This document shows, one piece after another, positions 50,298-58,847 of a stretch of 64,000 nucleotides of DNA (position 1 is its first letter; each line of letters starts with the position of its first letter). The position numbers and the translations under genes are program-made. The notes below the pieces were generated by a model, which saw nothing but the letters and a program-made list of their open reading frames with translations, was not told the origin of the DNA and did not search any database. The DNA is taken from assembly GCA_041739785.1 (NCBI GenBank), contig JBGSNE010000106.1, positions 29,649 to 93,648 on the forward strand, written 5' to 3'. This stretch comes from Pirellulaceae bacterium. Its GTDB lineage: Bacteria > Planctomycetota > Planctomycetia > Pirellulales > Pirellulaceae.

Positions 50298-50438
50298 AGG
50301 CGCTATGAACCGCCGTACAGTGTTGCGGCTCCTGAGCTCGAGTGACCAAAATTGTCGTGATTTCAAGCGAGTGATGTCATAGCGTTCCATGTTCATTCGC
50401 TCGGCACATTTGGTCAATCGACAAAACGTTTTAGATGA

Positions 50439-51326
50439 CTATTTTTCAACCTCGACACTGGCCAATGCGTTTTCAGCGGCCAAGCGTGCCGCTCGTGTCT
50501 TGATGTCCTTGCCGCCATAGTCGTTTCTTTGCGAGAGCAATCGCAGGTCAGCGGCCGCCAATGCAGCGGCGGGGCCGAGCTGTGCAATTGCGTTTGCTGC
50601 CGACTCAGCGATCGACGGTTCTTCTTTTAACGCCAGACGCAGAGCAGGCAGTGCGGTTAAGTCTGCACCGATTAGAGAAACGGCTCTTACCGCTGCCCCT
50701 TGCAAATCGCGACTTTGTCGATAGTAATGGGCTTGCAGTGAATCACCATTTAGCGGAACGCGTGGTTCGCTGATGATTGTAACGAGCTGAGGCAAAACAG
50801 GCTTGGCTGTCGGACCAATTTTTCCGAGGGCAATGATCGCGGCTTCGCGTAGTTCGAAATCGGAAGCTTCTATTTGGAGGCTCAACCACTGAATTGCCTC
50901 GGTCGCCGCAGGTCCTAGGGTTCCGATGACGGTGATCAAACGTATTGTCCCTTCCGGGTGGGAAGACTTGACGCTGTTCATCAAATCAGGAACGATTGCC
51001 GGACCGAGTTGCGATAAGGTGTGTTGCAAAGCGTAAACAGTTGTCACGTCCGGCTGACTAATTAGCTCGTCGATCAGTGTTTGGCTAGCACAGCTGGCCT
51101 CTGAGCCTAAGCCCCCCAGGTAGCGAATTGCATCAATCCGCAATTCGCGATCGGGGTCATATCTGGCAATATCAGAGACTGTCGTCACTTGGTCCGCAAA
51201 CCACTTCCCTTGAATTCGCGAAAGCAGGATGTTTCTTGGATTTTTTGCATTCCAAGTTTGCTCTGCTTCTGCCGTACAGCCAATCAACAGTGCGAAAACA
51301 AGTGTTCCACGAATGAAAAAGACCAT
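50439..51326 (-). CDS. HEAT/PBS-lyase repeat protein, possible lipoprotein
   Basis: LLIGC lipobox-like; repeated AI..LG..G..A...VP.L motifs. Confidence 0.8.
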   Translation of the reverse strand: MVFFIRGTLVFALLIGCTAEAEQTWNAKNPRNILLSRIQGKWFADQVTTVSDIARYDPDRELRIDAIRYLGGLGSEASCASQTLIDELISQPDVTTVYALQHTLSQLGPAIVPDLMNSVKSSHPEGTIRLITVIGTLGPAATEAIQWLSLQIEASDFELREAAIIALGKIGPTAKPVLPQLVTIISEPRVPLNGDSLQAHYYRQSRDLQGAAVRAVSLIGADLTALPALRLALKEEPSIAESAANAIAQLGPAAALAAADLRLLSQRNDYGGKDIKTRAARLAAENALASVEVEK

Positions 51327-51671
51327 CGCAACTTTCCTTTCGATTCATAACCGCAATCAATTCTCAATGCGCAGTGGTTGAAAGTGTTATGGATACGGAC
51401 GCAAGAACCACTGTGCCAGTTCCCGTCGGATCGGGAAAAGAAGAGTTCAACTGGGGTTGAACTTCAGACGTGTTGTCAAATTCGAAGGCGCCGATGTCGG
51501 AAGCAGGTAAACGCTCGCAATGATCGCCTACTTCGATCTGCCGCAACTGCGCACGGCTTGTTACGAGCCTTCAATCTAGCCGGACTTGCGCAGCGAAGCA
51601 GCCGTAGGCGAGGTTGGCCCCGTTGATCCTCGCCGACGGCTGCGGGTTAAACAATAGCCGTCCGATCAACA

Positions 51672-53297
51672 CTAAAGTGTTGACTGTTCCAAGGCGACCA
51701 TTCGACGGTAGTGCTCGACTACTTCAGGAGTGGCCAACCTTGGTAGATTTTTGTCGAGCACGATGGCTTCGAGCGTATTCACTAGGCGTTGGAATTTCAC
51801 CTCTCGCAATTCAGTTTGCTCCATGGCGGCTGACGTCTTTTCTCGCGCCAATTGATTTTCATGATAGCGCGGGTAATTGGAAAGCTGCCGAATTTCAGCG
51901 AACAAATCGGCTTGATTCGCTCCGCGCAATACTTCTGCGGAACGCCAATCGCGCTCACCCAATTCGGGCCACTTGTCGGCTATTTCCGATCGCAGCTCTC
52001 GTCTGCCGGAGCCACGACGGCGATTTCGAGACGAATCGCGGCGTAAGTCGCGACTGTTGTCGCGCAGCTCTTCGAAACGCACAAATACCGTTGCGACATC
52101 GTCATCGGGACTGATCTCCAACTGCTTGAGCAAACCTGCGACGGTATGCTGCAATTCCAAAGCAGAACCTTTGGCAATTTCACGAACTGAACCGAACATG
52201 GACACCAATTCGACTTTGTCTCTCGTGTCATTGGCATCTTGCGTCCACGGCAAATCAGTGTCATCGCCGCGACGGTGGTCGTAGCCCCCAATCTCACTGT
52301 ACGTTCTCAAAAGTGCTTCGCTGGAGCGCAGCGGGATGTCAATGGTTTGGCTGGTGAGCATCGCATGGGCATGTGCTTCAGCAAAAGAAATCTTTCCATC
52401 CGTATTGAAATCGGCGCTGTCCATTTTTTTGCCGGTACGGCTACGACCGACAAAGGCGCCCCAGAAAAAGCTACTGTATTCTTCATCGTTTTCGATATCG
52501 GGACGACAACCGGCGGCGGGCAGATCGTGTTGTTGCGCAAAAAAGCCAACTCGCAGCTGTTTCGCCAGTCCTTTACCGCGATCGCCATTGTCGAAAATCG
52601 TATGGGCAAAACCGCCGCAATAACACTGAGCCATAATCATCACTACAGGCACGGACTCGGGGACATTGTCAAGCCAGCTCTCAAACTCGCGGGCAGCGAT
52701 CGCTTGTTCATCCCAACAACTAATGCTGGTGTTGTATTTATTGCGTCCTTTGGCCTCGCTGCCATGAGCGGTTACGTAGACAAACAAACGATCACCGGCA
52801 GCCATCGAATTGCACATGTGCTGCAGGCTGGCCTGAATGCTGGACGGCGAATTCGCTCCGGACACATTGGAGATTTGATGATTGCGGTATTCTACAGATT
52901 GATTCCCTCGAAACGAATATAGACGCTCTAGCAGTTGCGTTACCGGCTCACTGCCGGCTTCACCATCATTCTCGCTTGCGTCCGTTTGCGCGGCAATCGA
53001 TTTACTCAGCACTTGCAGATCGGCTTGGGGATCATTACCGTCGGCGAAGAAAGTGGCTTGGGTGCGTCCGCCAGTGTGTTTTTCCTTCAACACTTCCTGG
53101 AAGAACAGGACGTTGGCTTCCAAAGAGGCTTGATTGGCGCTCGGTTCATATCCGCCGCCAATGGTCAAAAAGTAGTCGGTACCCCGTAGCGCATTCCCGT
53201 GGATTGCCAAGGCCAAGAGTGCCAATGCAAACGGCGGCAATGAGTGGTGGGATGGAAATGCGACGCTGGCCGATTTTAAGTTCATCAGATATTTCAC
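51672..53297 (-). CDS. Secreted caspase-hemoglobinase-fold (clan CD) peptidase-like protein
   Basis: Signal peptide; LFVYVTAHGS and IMAQCYCGGF resemble the His/Cys dyad motifs; helical C-terminus. Confidence 0.7.
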   Translation of the reverse strand: MKYLMNLKSASVAFPSHHSLPPFALALLALAIHGNALRGTDYFLTIGGGYEPSANQASLEANVLFFQEVLKEKHTGGRTQATFFADGNDPQADLQVLSKSIAAQTDASENDGEAGSEPVTQLLERLYSFRGNQSVEYRNHQISNVSGANSPSSIQASLQHMCNSMAAGDRLFVYVTAHGSEAKGRNKYNTSISCWDEQAIAAREFESWLDNVPESVPVVMIMAQCYCGGFAHTIFDNGDRGKGLAKQLRVGFFAQQHDLPAAGCRPDIENDEEYSSFFWGAFVGRSRTGKKMDSADFNTDGKISFAEAHAHAMLTSQTIDIPLRSSEALLRTYSEIGGYDHRRGDDTDLPWTQDANDTRDKVELVSMFGSVREIAKGSALELQHTVAGLLKQLEISPDDDVATVFVRFEELRDNSRDLRRDSSRNRRRGSGRRELRSEIADKWPELGERDWRSAEVLRGANQADLFAEIRQLSNYPRYHENQLAREKTSAAMEQTELREVKFQRLVNTLEAIVLDKNLPRLATPEVVEHYRRMVALEQSTL

Positions 53298-53364
53298 TTT
53301 TGTGGCGTATACGGCCGCGGGATGTTGTGTGAGCTTCCAGCATTATCTTGTATGCCACGGCCAC

Positions 53365-53470
53365 CGAAAGTCTTGGCGACTTCCGCTACGAAAAACGTCG
53401 CACGACTCTCCGAGTCGTGACTCCCTCACTCCCACGAGCAATTGTCGAAAGTCTTGGCGACTTCCGCTAC
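53365..53470. repeat. GTAG-type REP doublet
   Basis: cgaaagtcttggcgacttccgctac at 53365 and 53446 (reverse complement GTAGCGGAAGTCGCCAAGACTTTCG) with an internal cacgactctccgagtcgtg palindrome. Confidence 0.9.
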
Positions 53471-53979
53471 AAACACTGCGTCAGCTGCCGCGATTCGAGC
53501 TCGAGCAACCAGCGCTTGGTTTCCAATCCCCCGGTACCAGAGTAGCCGGTCAATTGCCCACTCGATCCCACCACTCGATGACATGGAATTAACAGTGGCC
53601 AGCGATTGCGGGCCATTGCGCTCCCAACGGCTCGCGCTCCGCGCGGGCTACCGGCTCGGGAGGCCAGCTGGCCGTAGGTCTGTGTTTCGCCCAAGGGAAT
53701 GTCATAGCAGGCACGCAATACTCGTTGATTGAAAGCGGTGATCGCCGTCCAATCGAGCAGTTCCAAATCCCATTGAAACAGTGCATGGGCGAAGTAGTCC
53801 TCGATCCGATCTTCGAGCACTTGTTGTCGCTGTTGAATCAACGGGGAAGCTGACTCGGCGAAAGGTCGTTGATCGCCTCCAGCGTTTTCCAAGCTGAAGC
53901 CGCACGAGTGCAGTTTCCCTCCGGCGGTCCACACCGCTTGCAGATTGCCTACAGGAGTCTTTATCAATTGCTGGAGCAT
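53467..53979 (-). CDS. ogt: Methylated-DNA--protein-cysteine methyltransferase
   Basis: IPLGETQTYGQLA, GARAVG, IPCHRVV, GYSG, KRWLLELE. Confidence 0.96.
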   Translation of the reverse strand: MLQQLIKTPVGNLQAVWTAGGKLHSCGFSLENAGGDQRPFAESASPLIQQRQQVLEDRIEDYFAHALFQWDLELLDWTAITAFNQRVLRACYDIPLGETQTYGQLASRAGSPRGARAVGSAMARNRWPLLIPCHRVVGSSGQLTGYSGTGGLETKRWLLELESRQLTQCL

Positions 53980-54066
53980 TTTTTCTTCCTAGCGGGATTT
54001 TCAGTTCCAGGCGATGTATTTTGAGCTCCGTTCTAGTGCTCTGTCCAGCTTAAGAATTGGGGTGTC

Positions 54067-54153
54067 ACGCGCGTCGGGAAAAGGTGTCCGACACCAAAAG
54101 TGCGAAGCACCCGCCGGGCCGTTCGGGATTTTGGTGTCGGACACCTTTTCCCG
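54067..54153. repeat. REPIN-like hairpin, family A copy 2
   Basis: Near-identical to 2671-2758. Confidence 0.9.
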
Positions 54154-54293
54154 GCCCCCCCCAAATCTAATTTGGAAGTAGCCCTAGTTATACCCACATT
54201 TCCTCAAATTCGCATTAGCCAACAATTCGATCCAATTCTCATTACAATAGCTACACATCCTCACTCACCTACCAAATTCTGTTTGAGCGGTTC

Positions 54294-55604
54294 ATGACTA
54301 TGCGCAGATTCGTCCAGCCACTGACTTTACTAGTCGTTTTCTCTTGCACGCTTACTTCTCGAGCCGACAATTGGCCTCAATGGCGTGGGCCGCACGGGAG
54401 CGGAATTTCGACGGAAAAGGGGATTCCCACGCAGTGGACGACCGACGAACACGTTGTTTGGCGAGCTCCGATGCCTGGACAGGGAGGGGCTACGCCGGCC
54501 GTGTGGGGCGATCGCATGTTCGTTACCTCAGCCGACGGCGATGACCTAGTGTTGATATGCTTGAACGCCCAAAGCGGCGAGCAACTTTGGAACAAGAAGG
54601 TAGCAGGTGGCAATCGCGACGCGCGGGCCGGCGAAGGGAACTCGGCGTCCCCCTCACCTTCAACCGATGGCCAATATGTGTGGGTCTTCTTCTCGACTGG
54701 AGTATTGGCGTGCTACGATTTTGAGGGCCAGGAAATATGGAAGTTCGATGTTGGCGAGCGCTTCGGCACGATCGATATTCAGTTTGGCATGGCGTCCACG
54801 CCGGTCCTCTATGGCGATCATCTCTACCTACAATTGATCCACGGAGCGATGAAAAAGAATGACGATACACGTACCGGACAAGTCATAAAACTAGATAAAT
54901 TAACTGGGGAGACGGTGTGGGTTCACAATCGCATTACCGACGCCTTCTTTGAATGCAAACACTCGTACGCTTCGCCCTTCATGTATGACGATGGTAAGCA
55001 ACAGTTCTTAGTCGTCCATGGAGCAGATTGCACTACTGGGCACGCGCTCGAGAGCGGTGAAGAGCTATGGCGGTTTGCCGGAATGAATGGTCCCAGTGAC
55101 ATCAATTCAAAGAAGGACGAGACCTTTCGCTTTGTGGCTTCGCCAGCAGTCATCCCAGGTTATATCGTCATTCCCACAGCCAAATCAGGACCGATGGTAG
55201 CCCTGCGCGTCGATGAGAACCTGCGCGGCAACGTTACCGACAAAAAGTCAGTGCGGTTGTGGCACTTGCCCGAAACTCCCGATGTGTCCATTCCATTGAT
55301 CGTTGATGACTTAGTCTATTCGCTGCATAAAGATGGCAAACTGCAGTGCGTTGAACTGGAGACAGGCAAGCAAATTTATTTTGAACGGACGCACACCGTC
55401 CAGCATCGCGTTAGTCCACTGTACGCGGATGGGCACCTATACTTTTGTGGCAAAGACGGCATGTGCACGGTAGTCAAGGCAGGGCGCGAGTTTGAAATTG
55501 TGGCCACGAACGATATGGGAGGTGAGCCAATCACCGCCTCGCCCATTGTGGCCAACGGCAACTTAGTTATTCGCACCTATGACGCCGTGTATGCGATTCG
55601 CTAG
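54294..55604 (+). CDS. Secreted PQQ-binding-like beta-propeller protein (BamB-like planctomycete family)
   Basis: ADNWPQWRGP, WRAPMPG.G..TP, ASPSPSTDG, FGMASTP, SPIVANG.L.IRT. Confidence 0.9.
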   Translation: MTMRRFVQPLTLLVVFSCTLTSRADNWPQWRGPHGSGISTEKGIPTQWTTDEHVVWRAPMPGQGGATPAVWGDRMFVTSADGDDLVLICLNAQSGEQLWNKKVAGGNRDARAGEGNSASPSPSTDGQYVWVFFSTGVLACYDFEGQEIWKFDVGERFGTIDIQFGMASTPVLYGDHLYLQLIHGAMKKNDDTRTGQVIKLDKLTGETVWVHNRITDAFFECKHSYASPFMYDDGKQQFLVVHGADCTTGHALESGEELWRFAGMNGPSDINSKKDETFRFVASPAVIPGYIVIPTAKSGPMVALRVDENLRGNVTDKKSVRLWHLPETPDVSIPLIVDDLVYSLHKDGKLQCVELETGKQIYFERTHTVQHRVSPLYADGHLYFCGKDGMCTVVKAGREFEIVATNDMGGEPITASPIVANGNLVIRTYDAVYAIR

Positions 55605-55854
55605 ATGATCACAGCGATGGTTCCGATACCCACTAGTTGGCGCATTTTGAAGTTCCACACTTTGATTATCAGCTCGACGCGCCAGCGAGAGGGTCCACGG
55701 CTTTTTGAATTAACGGTCGATCTCGTCGTGCAAAAGTTCACGACCCACTTGCTAGCGCTTCGAGCTGGTATTGTCGCGGCAAGATGCAAAAATGGAGTGG
55801 AACGCGCAAGTTAAAAACCGGCGCGTCGAGCTGGTATTTTGGCTACGATTGAAC

Positions 55855-56448
55855 TTAGGTATTTCTACCGACGATCAACCCGAGGATCTCAGCGCGTGAG
55901 GAAAGGTTATCGCGGAAAACACCTCGCATGGCAGACGTCAAGCACATACTTCCCGGCTTGCGAATACCGCGGATCGTCATGCACGAATGCGACGCTTCGA
56001 GGACTACGGCAACGCCACGAGCGCCCAGTTCCGATTCCACCAGCTCTGCAATATGCTCCGTCATTCTTTCTTGAACTTGCGGGCGTCGAGCAACCTCCTC
56101 GACCACGCGGGCTAACTTGCTCAGACCGACCACCTTGCCGTCGGGGAGATAGCCCACATGCGCCTTGCCACTGAACGGCAGCAGGTGATGTTCGCACATG
56201 CTGCAAAACGTAATATCTTTGATGAGCACAACTTCATCGTATTTCTCGGTGAACACCTTCTGTAGGTGAGCCCGCGGATCTCGATGCAATCCCGAGAACA
56301 TTTCGGCATACATACGGGCGACACGGGCGGGGGTTTCCAACAATCCCTCACGATTGGGGTCTTCGCCCACGGCAGCTAGTATTTCCCGTACGGCGTTTTC
56401 AATTCTCGCGTGGTCTACGGTTGTATTCTCAGGAGTGGATACAGGCAT
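55855..56448 (-). CDS. folE: GTP cyclohydrolase I
   Basis: [50 protein letters not shown]. Confidence 0.98.
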   Translation of the reverse strand: MPVSTPENTTVDHARIENAVREILAAVGEDPNREGLLETPARVARMYAEMFSGLHRDPRAHLQKVFTEKYDEVVLIKDITFCSMCEHHLLPFSGKAHVGYLPDGKVVGLSKLARVVEEVARRPQVQERMTEHIAELVESELGARGVAVVLEASHSCMTIRGIRKPGSMCLTSAMRGVFRDNLSSRAEILGLIVGRNT

Positions 56449-56743
56449 GGAGTTTAAGTTCTACTCAAAGGAAGGTGTTTAAATGTGAGTAACGTTCGGG
56501 TTTAGCAATTCAGCAAAAATTTTCCGACGGGGACGCGGAGTCGAATTGCTCTGGCATTTTAGCATCGGCGGCAAGCGTCAATAACTCACTGGCGAAACTC
56601 GTTCGCGAATTCCGCCGTAGTCGTTTAACCCGCAGCCGCAGGCGAAGACCAGCACAATAGACCTGGCCTACGGCTGCGGGCTAAACAATAGACGAGCAAA
56701 CCGAATATAAAGCAACTGGCGGCTAGCCCCTTGGCCATCAAAT

Positions 56744-56771
56744 TGTGAACCTCAGGCGCTAGCCGTGGGCT
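56744..56771. repeat. REP family C half-site (full hairpin at 63390-63460)
   Basis: ttgtgaacctcaggcgctagccgtggg shared with 63390-63416. Confidence 0.85.
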
Positions 56772-56842
56772 TTGCAGAGGTTGGGTCTGCGGTTCTCACA
56801 AGGAGAGTGCCATTTGGCTGGCACCGGCGGCTCAGGGAGCTC

Positions 56843-58702
56843 TTAGGAAAACCAATCTGGCGCGGGGGCTTCGAAGCTTCGCCGTACGTTGTCAGCGGGG
56901 TGTATGAAAGTGATCTTGGCGGCATGCAAACACATCGCTGCAGCTGGGACAGGTTCCCGTCTATCACCAAACGTAATGTCCCCGCATTCTATTTGGTCGT
57001 CCGATCCCGCCTCCAAAGCTGACGCACCATACAGCGGATCGCCCACGATGGCATGTCCTAGATGTTGCAAGTGCAAGCGAATTTGGTGCGTTCGTCCGGT
57101 CAGCGGAGTAGCTTCCACGATTGCCGTTCCGTTGGGATCACGTCGCAGGACTTTTAATGCCGTCCGCGCCTGCAACCCTCCCTGCACGTCGACCATTCGC
57201 GTTCCACGCGATTCGGGCGTGGCACTGATCGTGGCCTCGCACACGATGGATTCCCACTCGGGATGTCCATGAACACGGGCCCAGTAGGTTTTGTCGATCG
57301 TGCCCTGACCAAATTGCGGTTGCACCAATCTGGCTGCGTGGTAGGTTCGGCAGAGCACAACCACGCCGCTGGTCTCCGAGTCCAAGCGGTGGGCAACGCG
57401 CAGTTTTTGCTTCGGATAGAACTCAGCCATCAGGCTCGAAAGCGAATTGCGATTGAAGCGCCCACTGGGATGTACCGGCAGCGGCGCGGGCTTGTTGACG
57501 ACCACGATCCAATCGTCTTCGTGCAAGAGGCGAATCGCGGGGTTGATTGGGGGCTCAATCGTTCCAGGGATTCGCTGTTCGAACGACTCACCTTCCTTGA
57601 CGATCCAATCCGCCGTCACAGCTCGACCTCGGGAATCGATCTGACCGGCGTCGATCCAGGCTTGCCACTGTTCCCGCGAGGTAGGTGGATGCCAAGCGTC
57701 GAGGAAATCGATGAGAGCTAGTCCCGCAAACCGGCGTGGCACAAAGATTTTGCGGATGTGTTCGTAGGGGGAGCAACCCGGCTGTGTGGCGGCCAGCGCC
57801 GAAATGGCTGCTTCCCGCTGCTGTATCTCTTCTCGCAACCGTAGCAGTTGTTCTTGATAGCAGTGCGGACATGACTGGCCGACAATGTACTGCTCCGAGG
57901 CGACCTCCTCAGGCGACAACACGGCTTGGCATGCGAAGCAAAGTACATCTCCGGTCGGCTTCAGCTCTGGATCCAGCGCGACGCGACCATCGAAGACGAA
58001 GCACGAACCGTGGTAATGCTTTCCGCCACACTCTTCGAAATATTTTAGAATGCCACCGTCAAGCTGATAGACTTGTTCAAAACCGGCTTGTTCCATCATA
58101 GGCCCCGCTTTCTCACAGCGGATACCACCCGTGCAAAACATGACTAACGGTTGTTGTTTGGCTTCTTCCGGTAGTTGCGCGATGGCCTGCGGGAATTCGC
58201 GGAAGTGCTCGATGTGCAACTGCTCCGCGCCGTCAAATGTTCCCAAATCGTATTCATAGATATTGCGTGTGTCGAGCAACCGCACTGGTCTGCCTTCATC
58301 GAGCCACTGCTGCAATTCGCTCGGGGAGATCTTGGGGCTGGTCTGCCTTTCCGGTGCGACACCATCGACTCCAAAGGCGATGATCTCTTTCTTAAGTCGC
58401 ACCAGCATGCGACGAAAGGGTTGCGTAGCGGAGAAGCTGTCTTTGGTTTCCAGATCAGCCAGTGCCGGATCGGATCTTAGGTAATTCAAAAACTCTGCAA
58501 CCGACGCAGGCACTCCGGCTAAGAACAGATTAATCCCTTCCGAACTGAGCAGGATCGTTCCGCGCAGCTTCAATCTCCGGCAGACTTGCAACAATTCTTC
58601 ACGACGCTCAGCGACGCTTTCGAGGCGAACAAATTTGTAGGCTGAAATATTGAGTATGGGCCTACTCTGGGAAACGGATTCGACGGGAGCGGGGGCGTTC
58701 AT
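56843..58702 (-). CDS. Fusion: TrhO/YceA-like rhodanese domain + S4-like + RluA-family pseudouridine synthase
   Basis: AYKFV, GTILLSSEGIN, LLDTRNIYE, MFCTGGIRCEKA, FVFDGRV, CFACQ..CPHC; then VVNKPAPLPVHP, HRLDSETSG, TGRTHQIRLHL. Confidence 0.93.
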   Translation of the reverse strand: MNAPAPVESVSQSRPILNISAYKFVRLESVAERREELLQVCRRLKLRGTILLSSEGINLFLAGVPASVAEFLNYLRSDPALADLETKDSFSATQPFRRMLVRLKKEIIAFGVDGVAPERQTSPKISPSELQQWLDEGRPVRLLDTRNIYEYDLGTFDGAEQLHIEHFREFPQAIAQLPEEAKQQPLVMFCTGGIRCEKAGPMMEQAGFEQVYQLDGGILKYFEECGGKHYHGSCFVFDGRVALDPELKPTGDVLCFACQAVLSPEEVASEQYIVGQSCPHCYQEQLLRLREEIQQREAAISALAATQPGCSPYEHIRKIFVPRRFAGLALIDFLDAWHPPTSREQWQAWIDAGQIDSRGRAVTADWIVKEGESFEQRIPGTIEPPINPAIRLLHEDDWIVVVNKPAPLPVHPSGRFNRNSLSSLMAEFYPKQKLRVAHRLDSETSGVVVLCRTYHAARLVQPQFGQGTIDKTYWARVHGHPEWESIVCEATISATPESRGTRMVDVQGGLQARTALKVLRRDPNGTAIVEATPLTGRTHQIRLHLQHLGHAIVGDPLYGASALEAGSDDQIECGDITFGDRREPVPAAAMCLHAAKITFIHPADNVRRSFEAPAPDWFS

Positions 58703-58847
58703 TGATTCCCAGGTAATCGAAGGAATGGGGTTGCCATGGCAAAAACTTGGATTTTACCCAGTGTGCATCAACTTCGAAAGTCAGGCGCCAGCGTGGTTTG
58801 GACTTGGCCAGCGAGACTCTGTTCAGCGGGGCACTCAGTTCACGAGG

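Noticed and set aside
54294-55604. Second PQQ dehydrogenase linked to the 32.7-kb enzyme
   Set aside because: Lacks the CC, GGE and DxD catalytic motifs; belongs to the abundant planctomycete BamB-like propeller family
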